Below, one piece after another: positions 1 through 9,818 of a DNA stretch of 64,000 bases. Both the position numbers and the translations under genes were made by a program. The DNA is from Minisyncoccota bacterium. Lineage in GTDB: Bacteria; Patescibacteriota; Minisyncoccia; Phycocordibacterales; UBA2100. Every line of letters starts with the position of its first letter. Positions within the stretch are counted from its first letter, which is position 1. The stretch covers positions 35,896 through 99,895 of the forward strand of contig JAYWCB010000001.1 in NCBI GenBank assembly GCA_043780835.1. Direction: 5' to 3'. The notes beneath the pieces were generated by a model that was not told where the DNA came from, did not search any database, and saw only the letters and a list, made by a program, of their open reading frames with translations.

Positions 1-43
1 TGTCCGCGCTGAAAGTACCACATTTTTTCACCTCGTGTCAACT

Positions 44-83
44 CATAAAAAAATAAAAAAACCCGTACAAAGACGGGCTTTTT
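44..83 (-). terminator. Rho-independent terminator downstream of the 97..549 minus-strand ORF
   Basis: Plus strand reads A-run, CCCGT-ACAAAG-ACGGG, CTTTTT. On the minus strand this is a GC stem-loop followed by TTTTTTTATTTTTTT. Confidence 0.5.
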
Positions 84-96
84 CAGTCACGGCGGA

Positions 97-549
97 TCAT
101 ACGTAGATTCTCGAATCCTGCTCGAACACCACCTTGCCATGATCGTTTACAACAAGTGCGCGAAGCATGATTTCACCGATGAGCTGCCTGCTGATATACG
201 CACGAACATCCTCGAATGAAGTGCCTTGAGGCTGTTCAACGGCCTCACCGGCATAGAGATCGATCATTACCGGCAAAAAAAGCCCCGGTGACGCCTTAAA
301 ACTGGAGCTTTTATTCTCCGTTATAAGGTCTTCGGCTGAAACGTCTCGTGTCCAACTTTGTTCAACCGGCCATAGAGCCATACGAGCCTCCTCTTCGTTC
401 CTGGTTGTGGAGTCGCCCCGCCATTTATTGCATCTGATAATAGTGCTGTCAATCAGTATTAAAAGGACGCTTGTTGCTAACAGGGTAGCGCGCACGTTCG
501 TACTTACACGCCGTATAATGTGCACATGGACGTCGAGGCGCTGAAACAT
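97..549 (-). CDS. Hypothetical protein; start uncertain (an internal Met would give about 94 aa)
   Basis: Six-frame ORF of 150 aa with no motif I recognise. It overlaps the start of the + strand membrane-protein ORF. Confidence 0.3.
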   Translation of the reverse strand: MFQRLDVHVHIIRRVSTNVRATLLATSVLLILIDSTIIRCNKWRGDSTTRNEEEARMALWPVEQSWTRDVSAEDLITENKSSSFKASPGLFLPVMIDLYAGEAVEQPQGTSFEDVRAYISRQLIGEIMLRALVVNDHGKVVFEQDSRIYV

Positions 550-1017
550 GTATTCTCAACGCTTCCCGCGGAGGTTATAGGGATTGTCGTCTTTGCTACG
601 CTCATCACGGTAGTGACATTACGGATGGGTGCGAGTATCTCTATCGCATTTTCAATTGCACTGCTTGTGGCAAATATGCTTTTTGCTGCGATACCCGGCA
701 CCTTTATGCTCGGCGCAGCTCTCGCCGGTGTTACCAATGCATACGCTTCTATCGGGATTTACGCGGCGCTGACGCTCGTGCTTACATTTGTTTTGTACCG
801 CATGACCTCAACGCTTGCAGACGACTCTGCCCGACCTTTGTTTGCACTTGCAACAGCACTGGCTACAACGGTTATTGCGCTTACGGTATGGCAGATGGCA
901 CCGCATCTTGAAAGTGTATGGAAGTTTAATGAGATGATTCGCGGCGCGTTTGGGGCTGCCTATCGACTCTACTGGATTCTCCTTGCCTTTGTTGCGTTCG
1001 CTTTTGTAAAGAGTTGA
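520..1017 (+). CDS. Small integral membrane protein (4-5 predicted TM helices), hypothetical
   Basis: Long hydrophobic stretches in the translation. Its stop abuts the start of the next gene (1017/1019), suggesting co-transcription. Confidence 0.5.
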   Translation: MHMDVEALKHVFSTLPAEVIGIVVFATLITVVTLRMGASISIAFSIALLVANMLFAAIPGTFMLGAALAGVTNAYASIGIYAALTLVLTFVLYRMTSTLADDSARPLFALATALATTVIALTVWQMAPHLESVWKFNEMIRGAFGAAYRLYWILLAFVAFAFVKS

Positions 1018-1018
1018 T

Positions 1019-2053
1019 ATGAAAAATCGCATAGCGCTTCAGCACAACGAGAGTTACTGGCTAGCCGATGAGAAGCTGCAGCATGCATACTCGGCGATGG
1101 GTGCGGACACATTTTCGCGATACCCCGACTACAGCGAACTTACTGAATTGCTCGCTACATACGCAGGTGTTACACCGGATAAGGTATTAGTTACAAACGG
1201 CTCTGATGCAGCAGTGCGCTTAATCGCCGAAATAGAACACGCAGCGGGGCACAAGGTGCTATTACCAGTTCCCTCGTTTTATGGCTACGAGAAGATATTT
1301 ACTCAAATTGGTCTCAATTTTGATACGGTGTCTTTCACTGAGTCCCAGGGTGAGTTTATTTTTCCACTCGACGAAGTGAGGGCATTGATAGTGGACGGCG
1401 GGTACTCGACGCTCTTTATCTGTCAGCCAAACAATCCGCTTGGTTCTGCGATTCCTGAAGCAACAATGGAGGCGCTTATTGCACTGTGCGCGGATGTGGG
1501 AATACGCATCGTTATAGACGAAGCGTATTTTGAATTTTTAGGACGAACGTCTATTGCGGCTATTTCTAGAGGGGACGTTGTGATTTTGCGAACACTTTCG
1601 AAAGCGTTTGCGCTCGCGGGTGCTCGCGTAGGCTACGTGTGCGCCACTACTGATTATCTGAACCAGCTTTCAATACGTATGTTGCCATGGCAAGTCTCAA
1701 ATCCGTCTGTCTTTGCAGCGTGCACCGGACTTCGTCTCATCGATCATGTGAGAGATCGAATTGAGCTCATAAAAAAGGAACGAGAAGTTTTTGTGGGAGA
1801 GCTTCAGGCTATTGACGACTTGAAGGTGTATCCATCCGAAACAAACTTTGTTTTAATACGCGTCGCTAGAGGTGATGCGATCGCCGCCAATTTGAAAGAA
1901 CGGGGCGTTGATGTTGCGACATGCTCCTGGATGTCCGGTGATCCAGTCGCCAGAGCACTACTTACCGATACCATTCGCATGGCGGTACCCTCGCCTGAGG
2001 ACCGCGAAACCGTGGTGCACACCCTCAGACTGGCAATCGCAGCGAAATCCTAG
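1019..2053 (+). CDS. PLP-dependent class I/II aminotransferase, HisC/CobD-like
   Basis: Translation contains NPLG, 'IDEAYFEF' and the Lys motif 'LSKAFALAGARVGY', typical of histidinol-phosphate aminotransferase-like enzymes. Length 344 aa. Confidence 0.8.
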   Translation: MKNRIALQHNESYWLADEKLQHAYSAMGADTFSRYPDYSELTELLATYAGVTPDKVLVTNGSDAAVRLIAEIEHAAGHKVLLPVPSFYGYEKIFTQIGLNFDTVSFTESQGEFIFPLDEVRALIVDGGYSTLFICQPNNPLGSAIPEATMEALIALCADVGIRIVIDEAYFEFLGRTSIAAISRGDVVILRTLSKAFALAGARVGYVCATTDYLNQLSIRMLPWQVSNPSVFAACTGLRLIDHVRDRIELIKKEREVFVGELQAIDDLKVYPSETNFVLIRVARGDAIAANLKERGVDVATCSWMSGDPVARALLTDTIRMAVPSPEDRETVVHTLRLAIAAKS

Positions 2054-2095
2054 ACACTAGACAAGCTTATAATATAGTGGTACTATACATTCTAT

Positions 2096-3640
2096 ATGAA
2101 GTCGCCGAAAGCGAAATCAGCCACTGCGGGTAAGAAGGAATCTGCCCTACAGCGCCTCTCTGTATTTATGAATCCGTCTAAAACGGCAACCTCTGCATAT
2201 TGGTCAAAGATGCAATCAGAGTACATGATCGACGCCTTTAAAAGTGCCGCGAAACACGTGCCTGCGTATAGGTCCTTTTTGAAAGAGCGTGGCGTAATGC
2301 CGAAAGACATAAAGTCAGTTGCGGACTTTCGAAACGTACCTCCAACGTCAAAAAAGAATTATCTCCGAGCTCATCCGTGGGAGGACCTCTGCATGCCCGG
2401 CGCTCTTGCAGGCTCACAACTTGTATTAACCGCAACATCCGGATCAACGGGAGAGCCGTTTTACTTTCCGCGGACAGATGTCGTCGAAGAGCAGTCTTAC
2501 ATTTATCACCGCGCTTTTTTGAAAAACAGCGGTCTCGATCCGCAAGAGCCGACGCTCGTTATCGTAGCGTTTGGTATGGGAGTCTGGATCGGCGGACTCA
2601 TCACGTACGAAGCATTCAATCGTGTTTCGCAGCGAGATTTTCCTCTTACGGTACTTACTGCCGGAGTGAATAAGCACGAAATCTATGCTGCGCTACGCGA
2701 AATCGGCTCCCGATATACGCAGCTCGTGCTATGCGGGTACCCGCCGTTTGTAAAAGATATTATCGATGATGGTAAAGGTAACGGCGTTGACTGGAAGCAG
2801 TTCGATATGCGCATCGTTTGTGCGGCCGAAGGATTTTCTGAGGATTTCCGGGACTATCTCGTTGACGAAGCGCGGATGAAGAGTCGCTATCGAGACATTA
2901 TGAATATTTATGGCAGCGCAGAGCTTGGCACAATGGCGACTGAAACGCCGGTAGCAATTCTAGTGCGGGAACTGAGTTTGAAAAATCCGGTGCTCTTTTC
3001 AAAACTTTTCGGACAGGCGACACGATTGCCCACACTCGCGCAGTACGTGCCGTCATTTGTGAGCTTCGAAGCTGTCGACAATCGTATCTACTGCACGTCG
3101 GGCAATGTGCTACCGATGATCCGGTATGAAATCGGCGATCACGGCGGTGTCATGACGTACGCAGAGCTCAAAAATATTTGTGCCTCTGAAGGAATAGACC
3201 TTAAGGCAGAAGCAAAGCGAGTCGGCATTACAGATACCGTGAATGAACTTCCGTTTGTGTATGTGTATGAGCGCGCGGACCTTTCAACAAAACTCTATGG
3301 TGCGATCATTTATCCCGAGCACATAAAACACGGTCTTATTATCAAGGAACTGCATAAAGAGGTGACCGGCAAATTTACGATTGATACAAAGAATGACGAA
3401 AACCAGGATGAATACCTCGAGGTAAATGTTGAATTACAACCTAAAATTAAACCGACTGATGATTTGCAGCGTCGCGTCACGACTACTATTTCAAACGCGC
3501 TCATTGCAAAAAGTGCTGAGCATCGGAATAATTCTCAGTCTTTGGGAGATCGAGTTGTTCCCCGGATAGTCTTTTGGGAACACAATCATCCGGTGCAATT
3601 CCCCGTGGGCGCAAAACATCGCTGGGTGAAGAAGAAATAA
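2096..3640 (+). CDS. PaaK/CapK/F390-synthetase-like adenylate-forming enzyme (ANL superfamily)
   Basis: N-terminal 'HVPAYRSF...DIKSVADFRNVPPTSKKNYL' resembles PaaK. The AMP-binding motif 'TSGSTGEP' and 'YGSAELG' are present. True start may be an internal Met. Confidence 0.7.
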   Translation: MKSPKAKSATAGKKESALQRLSVFMNPSKTATSAYWSKMQSEYMIDAFKSAAKHVPAYRSFLKERGVMPKDIKSVADFRNVPPTSKKNYLRAHPWEDLCMPGALAGSQLVLTATSGSTGEPFYFPRTDVVEEQSYIYHRAFLKNSGLDPQEPTLVIVAFGMGVWIGGLITYEAFNRVSQRDFPLTVLTAGVNKHEIYAALREIGSRYTQLVLCGYPPFVKDIIDDGKGNGVDWKQFDMRIVCAAEGFSEDFRDYLVDEARMKSRYRDIMNIYGSAELGTMATETPVAILVRELSLKNPVLFSKLFGQATRLPTLAQYVPSFVSFEAVDNRIYCTSGNVLPMIRYEIGDHGGVMTYAELKNICASEGIDLKAEAKRVGITDTVNELPFVYVYERADLSTKLYGAIIYPEHIKHGLIIKELHKEVTGKFTIDTKNDENQDEYLEVNVELQPKIKPTDDLQRRVTTTISNALIAKSAEHRNNSQSLGDRVVPRIVFWEHNHPVQFPVGAKHRWVKKK

Positions 3641-3662
3641 CGGTATACTGAGGCCATTCGAT

Positions 3663-4844
3663 ATGGATGGCCTGCCACAGAAATTTGCGAGTATACAAGC
3701 AAAGCGTATCCCGGCCCAACCGCGCTTCTTTGATATTGAGAAAGATGCGACAGAATTTTTTGAGCTTATTGAATCAGGGAGCATCCTGAGGGTCGCTGAT
3801 GACTATGAGGAGGCATCTCGTGAACTCTTTGCCATACAAAATCCGACTCTTGTGTACGCTGCGGGTTTTGAAGATACCTTCAAGGCGCACTACGCAACGC
3901 TCACAAACGGCGAACCGTGGAAATTAGGTCGATGGGTCTACTTCCCCTGGAGTGGCACCGTCTGTCACATATTGTCCGAAGATGATTATTATCGGGTTCG
4001 AACTGCGCGTAACAGAAATCTCATCACAGAGGAAGAGCAACATAAGTTTTACAACGCCACGATCGGTATCGCGGGGCTTTCGGTAGGCTCGAGTGTCGCT
4101 TTTAGCATTGCGCTGCAGGGTGGTGGCAAGAAGTTAAAACTTGCAGACATGGATCATCTCGCGCTTTCCAATACGAATCGGGTACTCTCAGGTGCGACTG
4201 AGTTAGGTTCTCTTAAGGTAGACATGGCCGCACGTAGAATCTACGAAATAAACCCGTATGCTGACATTGAAGTGTTTCCGGACGGTCTGCAGCCGGAAAA
4301 TATTGAACGTTTTTTTGACGGTCTGAATATTGTTGTCGATGAGCTGGATAACTTAGCGGTCAAATATCTCATACGCGAGCACGCGAAGAAAAATCATATT
4401 GCCGTTGTTATGGGTGCCGATAATGGTGACAATGCAGTAGTTGATATCGAACGCTACGATGTTGAACCACAGCCCACGTTTTTCCACGGTCGTATGGGAG
4501 ATGTATCATACGAGTCACTCAAGTCGCTTGATAAGTTTGGTATCGGCAAAACGATTACGCAACATATTGGGCCCGAAAATGTAACAGTTCGTATGCAGGA
4601 ATCTCTTATCGAAATGGGTAAGTCAATCGTTTCCTGGCCTCAATTGGGTGGAGCGGCCCTTATCAACGGTGCAGCTGTCGCATACTGCGTTCGAAAAATT
4701 CTGAATGGCGAAGCGGTAGAATCAAACCGCGCCCTGGTGTCACTCGACGAAAAATTTGTACCTGATTTCATGTCTGATGAAGCACGCATCGAGCGCACCG
4801 AAACGGCCCGTACATTTGCGGCGCGCTTTGGAATTTCTATATGA
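3663..4844 (+). CDS. E1-like (ThiF/MoeB/HesA family) adenylyltransferase-fold protein with about 110-aa N-terminal extension and C-terminal extension
   Basis: Has 'RNRNLITEEEQHKF...IGIAGLSVGSS' (Rossmann Gly-rich loop) and 'ADMDHLALSNTNRV' (E1 D-x-D...N-R motif). Stop overlaps the next start (ATGA). Confidence 0.75.
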   Translation: MDGLPQKFASIQAKRIPAQPRFFDIEKDATEFFELIESGSILRVADDYEEASRELFAIQNPTLVYAAGFEDTFKAHYATLTNGEPWKLGRWVYFPWSGTVCHILSEDDYYRVRTARNRNLITEEEQHKFYNATIGIAGLSVGSSVAFSIALQGGGKKLKLADMDHLALSNTNRVLSGATELGSLKVDMAARRIYEINPYADIEVFPDGLQPENIERFFDGLNIVVDELDNLAVKYLIREHAKKNHIAVVMGADNGDNAVVDIERYDVEPQPTFFHGRMGDVSYESLKSLDKFGIGKTITQHIGPENVTVRMQESLIEMGKSIVSWPQLGGAALINGAAVAYCVRKILNGEAVESNRALVSLDEKFVPDFMSDEARIERTETARTFAARFGISI

Positions 4845-5893
4845 AAGACGATATTCTGTACGCGCTCGCCGCAGCAAATAGCGCTCCATCCGGTGAAAAT
4901 AGTCAGCCATGGCGGTTTGTCGTTTCGAACGACATTGTTGAATTGTGGAACCGACCCGAACGCGACCGCTCGCTGTATAACTGGCAGCAAAGTGCCTCGT
5001 ACCTCGCGAACGGAGCAGCGCTTGAGAATATGGTGATCGCAGCAACTGTGCGAGGTTTAAAAGCCGAAGTGGAGTATTTTCCTTCATCACAGACGGACCA
5101 TGTTGCGACGGTTCAATTTGTCCCAGGCGCGACACTCGATACTCTTGAAAGCGCAATTCCAAAACGTACGACAAATCGTAAGCCTTTTTTAAAGGATCCG
5201 CTGAGCGCCGCTCAATTGAATGCTCTGACACAGAGCTTCGACACGAGTAGTTGCACATTACGCATACTCACTGAGCGATCAGTCATTGAGCGACTTGGTC
5301 GAATCGGATCCACCAATGAAGAGATTATGTTTACGAACAAGCATATACATGATTTTTTCTTCGATCACGTGAGTTGGACAGCTCATGAGGATGGAATAAA
5401 GAAAGTGGGATTCTTTATTGACACACTCGAATTACCGCCGCCCGGACGATTCGTGTTCCGATTGCTCCGAATCTGGCCAATTGCAAAGATTCTGACAAGT
5501 CTTGGTTTGCATCGCTTGGTCGCCAAAGAAAACGGTGTCGTAAACGCTGCAGCCGCAGCTATCGGCGTAGTCTGTGTAAAGGGTCCGGAGCCAAAGGACA
5601 TGGTACAAGCGGGCCGCGCAATAGAGCGAATGTGGCTCACTGCGACATCTCTTGGTCTCTCGGTTCAGCCGCTGACGGGTGTTTTATTTTTTGATTTGAT
5701 GCGTACATATGGTGATGCGTCAAAGTTTTCTGTTTCCCACACACGCATGATCAAGGAGGCGGTAGAGGAAGTCGCTCGACTTTCTGGATTCACGGAAGGC
5801 ACGATAATCTTTATGTTTCGAGTGGGCATCTCCGACCCTCCGACCGCGCGATCTTCACGCTTTTCACTTGATCAGGCATGCCAAGCGACGTAA
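4841..5893 (+). CDS. Tandem nitroreductase-fold flavoprotein (SagB/McbC/ThcOx-like dehydrogenase)
   Basis: Two nitroreductase half-motifs: 'ENSQPWRFVV' near the N-terminus and 'RTTNRKPF' mid-protein. Length 350 aa, typical of double-domain azoline-oxidase-like proteins. Translationally coupled to the E1-like gene. Confidence 0.7.
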   Translation: MKDDILYALAAANSAPSGENSQPWRFVVSNDIVELWNRPERDRSLYNWQQSASYLANGAALENMVIAATVRGLKAEVEYFPSSQTDHVATVQFVPGATLDTLESAIPKRTTNRKPFLKDPLSAAQLNALTQSFDTSSCTLRILTERSVIERLGRIGSTNEEIMFTNKHIHDFFFDHVSWTAHEDGIKKVGFFIDTLELPPPGRFVFRLLRIWPIAKILTSLGLHRLVAKENGVVNAAAAAIGVVCVKGPEPKDMVQAGRAIERMWLTATSLGLSVQPLTGVLFFDLMRTYGDASKFSVSHTRMIKEAVEEVARLSGFTEGTIIFMFRVGISDPPTARSSRFSLDQACQAT

Positions 5894-7470
5894 GTATGGC
5901 TATATCTGATCTTGTGCAAATAAACGTCGATCTGTTATTGGTCGCAATTTCTGTGTGCGGGATTGCTCTTCTCGGTTTTCTCATCTATTTCAACAACACG
6001 TCCAGTGAAACGAACCGATCATTTTTGCTGTTTTCCGTACTGACTGTAATCTGGGGCATCTCGAATTATTTGGAATACCGATTCGCGACCATGCAATCCT
6101 CATTGTGGGCACTTCGTTCACATTTGTTTATTTCTGTCTGGCACGCATATGCGTTTTTTCGGCTTGCATATGTATATCCTGCGGAAAAGATTATTTTTCC
6201 CCGTTGGTTCACTCTTTATCTGACACCTGTCGTCGTGCTTACATCGATACTCACACTCACGCCATTCGTTTTTTCTGCACTCGAGCACGCGCCGACGGCT
6301 GGACAGGTAACGCGAGCCATACCCGCACCGGGCATTGCGGTCTTTATGATAGTTGCGTTCGGACTTTTAGCGGCGGCAATCGCTATACTATTTAATAAAA
6401 CAAGGCGTACTCCCGGTGAGTCGCGTAAACAAGCTATCGCTCTTTTAATAGGAATGGCCTTAACAGCGTGCCTGCTACTCGTCTTTAATGTAATACTTCC
6501 GAATGTTTTCAGTAATACAAGCTTCATACCTCTTGCCGCATTGTTCATCCTCCCGTTCATTGGCCTTACTTCTTATTCAATCTATCGATATCATTTTTTG
6601 AATTTGAAGGTCGCAACAACAGCGTTATTGGGCTTTCTAGTAACGATTTTTACGTTTTCAAACATTCTTTTTGCAAAGGATATCTCGGGAATCATCATCA
6701 ACGTGACTGCATTTATTATCGTGCTTTTAGGGTCGATCCGCATCGTTCGTGACACGCTGGATTTACAACTTGCAAATGAGGAGCGCTCAGAATTTATGTC
6801 GTTTGCATCTCATGAAATCCGAAACCCGATCACTGCGATGCGGGGTCTTGCGTCGTTAATCGTTGACGGTACAACGGGTGAGGTTACGCCGGACACAAAA
6901 GATGCCGCACAGAAAATACTCGTTTCAGGCCACGACGTATTGAACATTATTGCCACCTTCCTCAGTAAGGCAAAAATGGAACTTGGGAAAATTACGTATG
7001 ACAAAGCTACGTTTGACCTTGGCTACGCCGTTCAGAGCATTGCAGAGGGATACAAGCCGCACGCGGAAGTAAAAGGCTTGACGCTCGACCTTACCATCGA
7101 TTCCGCTCAAAAGTTCTTGATTACCGGCGACCAAAGTAAGGTCAAAGAAGTTGTGGGAAACCTCATCGACAATTCCCTTAAGTACACGAAAGAGGGAGGT
7201 ATGACTGTGTCCGTTGAACGCCATGGTCCTTTTGTGCGCGCAGTCATTAGCGACACCGGTGTCGGGATACCGAAAGAAACACTCTCGCAGCTATTCAAAA
7301 AATTCTCCCGCGCCGATGCGCAAAAAGTGAATCTGCTTGGTACCGGTGTCGGACTTTTCTTAGCGAAAACCTTTATCGAAGCGCAGGGCGGCCGCATTTG
7401 GGCTGAGTCTGAGGGCAAAGGACACGGGTCCCGCTTCATTGTTGAGTTCGCGGCGGCAATGGCTCCATAG
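5878..7470 (+). CDS. Sensor histidine kinase with 7TM-type N-terminal membrane domain
   Basis: Seven hydrophobic helices, then H-box 'SFASHEIRNPITAM' and HATPase_c motifs ('DNSLKYT', 'DTGVGIP', 'GTGVGL'). Confidence 0.85.
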   Translation: MPSDVSMAISDLVQINVDLLLVAISVCGIALLGFLIYFNNTSSETNRSFLLFSVLTVIWGISNYLEYRFATMQSSLWALRSHLFISVWHAYAFFRLAYVYPAEKIIFPRWFTLYLTPVVVLTSILTLTPFVFSALEHAPTAGQVTRAIPAPGIAVFMIVAFGLLAAAIAILFNKTRRTPGESRKQAIALLIGMALTACLLLVFNVILPNVFSNTSFIPLAALFILPFIGLTSYSIYRYHFLNLKVATTALLGFLVTIFTFSNILFAKDISGIIINVTAFIIVLLGSIRIVRDTLDLQLANEERSEFMSFASHEIRNPITAMRGLASLIVDGTTGEVTPDTKDAAQKILVSGHDVLNIIATFLSKAKMELGKITYDKATFDLGYAVQSIAEGYKPHAEVKGLTLDLTIDSAQKFLITGDQSKVKEVVGNLIDNSLKYTKEGGMTVSVERHGPFVRAVISDTGVGIPKETLSQLFKKFSRADAQKVNLLGTGVGLFLAKTFIEAQGGRIWAESEGKGHGSRFIVEFAAAMAP

Positions 7471-8441
7471 TGCCTTTTTCTGCTATATTGACGCCTATGT
7501 CACGACTATTCACTGGGCTTCAGCCCTCCGGAGTCCTCCATATAGGGAACTACTTCGGTGCACTCAAACCGATGGTGGAGCTCTTCAAAGAGCATGAGGG
7601 CTTGATCATGATTGCCGACTATCATGCGCTCACTTCACTGCGCGATCCGAGCGCCCTTCGCGAAAACATCATCAATGTCGTGACTGATTACCTCGCTGCG
7701 GGAATCGATCCTGAAAAAGCCATTATATTTAAGCAGTCCGATGTGCATGAGCACACCGAGCTTGCGTGGATATTTGATTGCCTCGTAACTGTTCCGTTCT
7801 TGCAACAGGCGCACGCATATAAAGACAAGGTTGCGAAGGGCCTCGAAGCAAATGCTGGTTTGTTTACCTATCCGATGCTCATGGCCGCCGACATTTTGCT
7901 GTATGAGACTGATCTCGTTCCCGTGGGTGCAGATCAACGGCAGCATGTGGAATATGCCCGTGAAGCTGCTTCAAAATTCAATCTGGCGTATGGCAATACG
8001 TTTAAAGAGCCGAAAGAAATGATTCAGGAAGAAATCGCAACGGTTCCCGGTGTCGACGGCAAAAAAATGTCGAAAAGTTACGGCAATACAATTGCACTTT
8101 TTTCACCGCGTGAAGAAATAGAAAAAGCTGTCATGAGTATCGTAACCGACTCATCGGGTGAGCGACCGGAAAATGTATACGCAATCCATAAACTGTTCAA
8201 AAGCGATGCAGAGCTTTCCGTATTGTACGAAGCAAACAAGGGAAAGTATAAAATTCTAAAAGACGCGCTTATTGATGATATCGATACATTTGTCGCGCCG
8301 ATGCGTGCACGTCGTGCCGACATATCACGCGATACGGTAATCTCTGTACTCAAGAATGGTGCAGAAAAAGCAAAAGCACAGGCTGCTGAAAAGATGCGTG
8401 AAGTGCGGCAGAAAATCGGCGTTGATATCTATTCAATATAA
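7470..8441 (+). CDS. trpS: Tryptophanyl-tRNA synthetase
   Basis: Class I 'LHIGNYFGAL' (HIGH-like) and 'KMSKS' motifs. Length 323 aa. Confidence 0.9.
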   Translation: MPFSAILTPMSRLFTGLQPSGVLHIGNYFGALKPMVELFKEHEGLIMIADYHALTSLRDPSALRENIINVVTDYLAAGIDPEKAIIFKQSDVHEHTELAWIFDCLVTVPFLQQAHAYKDKVAKGLEANAGLFTYPMLMAADILLYETDLVPVGADQRQHVEYAREAASKFNLAYGNTFKEPKEMIQEEIATVPGVDGKKMSKSYGNTIALFSPREEIEKAVMSIVTDSSGERPENVYAIHKLFKSDAELSVLYEANKGKYKILKDALIDDIDTFVAPMRARRADISRDTVISVLKNGAEKAKAQAAEKMREVRQKIGVDIYSI

Positions 8442-8447
8442 AAAATT

Positions 8448-9818
8448 ATGGAACGAATACTCATAACAGATTTGGGAGGTAGAGCAGGGGAAACGGTGCT
8501 TATCAAAGGATGGGTAACGGTGCGACGTGATCAGGGTAAAATGGTTTTTTTCGATTTTCGGGATCGCTCAGGGGTGGTACAGGGCGTGGTACTACCAAAG
8601 TCCGAAGCCATTGAAGTTGCCAAAGAGATTAAGATCGAATATGCGGTTGCCGTAACGGGCAGTGTGAATCTGCGCCCGGAAAAAAATCGTAATGCCAAAG
8701 TCTTGAACGGACATATCGAACTCGAAGTGACAGGGATAGAAGTCTTGGGCAAAGCTGAACCGCTTCCGTTTGATATGTCCGAAACAGGATACAAAGTGGA
8801 TCTGACGACCGAGCTCGATCATCGTGCGCTCACGCTTCGTCACCCTCGTCTTCAGGCAATATTTAAAGTACAGGCAGTTATCATCGATTCTTTTCGCGAA
8901 CACATGAAGCAGCAGGACTTCTTTGAATTCCAGGCCCCGTCAATTGTCCCGGCTACTGCAGAAGGTGGGGCAGAAGTATTCGAAGTACAGTATTTTGATA
9001 AAAAAGCATATCTGTCTCAGTCTCCGCAACTCTACAAGCAAATTGTAATGACCGCATTCGAGCGAGTGTTTTCCGTAAATAAAGTGTTTCGCGCAGAGCC
9101 GAGTTCTACGACGCGACATCTCACGGAAATCGTTTCGCTCGATGCAGAGATGTCGTTCATAGAATCGTGGACAGACGTTCGCGATATGTCAGAGGCGACT
9201 GTTCGCTTCATACTCGCGCAGCTCAACGACCGATGTTCGCGGGAGATCGAATATTTGGGAGCAACACTGCCCGCTATGATTGAGAAAACACCGACCATGA
9301 CGCTCGCCGAGGCGCAGCAGAAGATCCACTCAAAGACCGGGCGTGATGTGCGGGGTGAAAAAGACCTCAATCCCGAAGACGAGCGCCAGCTGTGCGAAAT
9401 TGTGAAAGAAGAAACTGGCTCAGACTTTGTATATGTATACGGGTACCCGACGCGCCAAAGACCGTTCTATGTATTTCCGAGTGTGGAAAATCCCGAGGTC
9501 AATGAGGGGATGGATTTACTGTGTCGCGGTGTTGAGTGGCTTTCAGGCGGTCGAAGAATCAACGATTACGCCCAGCTCATGGAACACGTTGCGGTATGGG
9601 GTATGGACGAGAAAAAGATTGAAATGTTTCTTGAGGCCTTTCGGCACGGCGTACCTCCGGAGGGAGGATTCGCATTTGGTGCAGAGCGTATGACTATGCA
9701 GATTCTTGGTATTAAAAACATTCGCGAGGCCACGATGTTCCCGCGCGACATGAACAGAATCGACGGACTCCTTTCGACTGCCGAAGAAAATCTTACTCAA
9801 TCACACGACGGTGAATGA
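8448..9818 (+). CDS. aspS: Aspartyl-tRNA synthetase, short archaeal/type-2 form lacking the bacterial GAD insertion
   Basis: Class II motifs ('FRAEPSSTTRHLTE', 'GGFAFGAERMTMQILG') with an N-terminal OB fold. At 456 aa versus about 590 for bacterial-type AspRS, it is likely non-discriminating. Confidence 0.88.
   Translation: MERILITDLGGRAGETVLIKGWVTVRRDQGKMVFFDFRDRSGVVQGVVLPKSEAIEVAKEIKIEYAVAVTGSVNLRPEKNRNAKVLNGHIELEVTGIEVLGKAEPLPFDMSETGYKVDLTTELDHRALTLRHPRLQAIFKVQAVIIDSFREHMKQQDFFEFQAPSIVPATAEGGAEVFEVQYFDKKAYLSQSPQLYKQIVMTAFERVFSVNKVFRAEPSSTTRHLTEIVSLDAEMSFIESWTDVRDMSEATVRFILAQLNDRCSREIEYLGATLPAMIEKTPTMTLAEAQQKIHSKTGRDVRGEKDLNPEDERQLCEIVKEETGSDFVYVYGYPTRQRPFYVFPSVENPEVNEGMDLLCRGVEWLSGGRRINDYAQLMEHVAVWGMDEKKIEMFLEAFRHGVPPEGGFAFGAERMTMQILGIKNIREATMFPRDMNRIDGLLSTAEENLTQSHDGE

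Noticed and set aside
6105-6560. ORFs 6105..6395 (+) and 6216..6560 (-) inside the histidine kinase gene
   Set aside because: They are alternative-frame or antisense ORFs within a well-supported 7TM sensor kinase and have no independent support.
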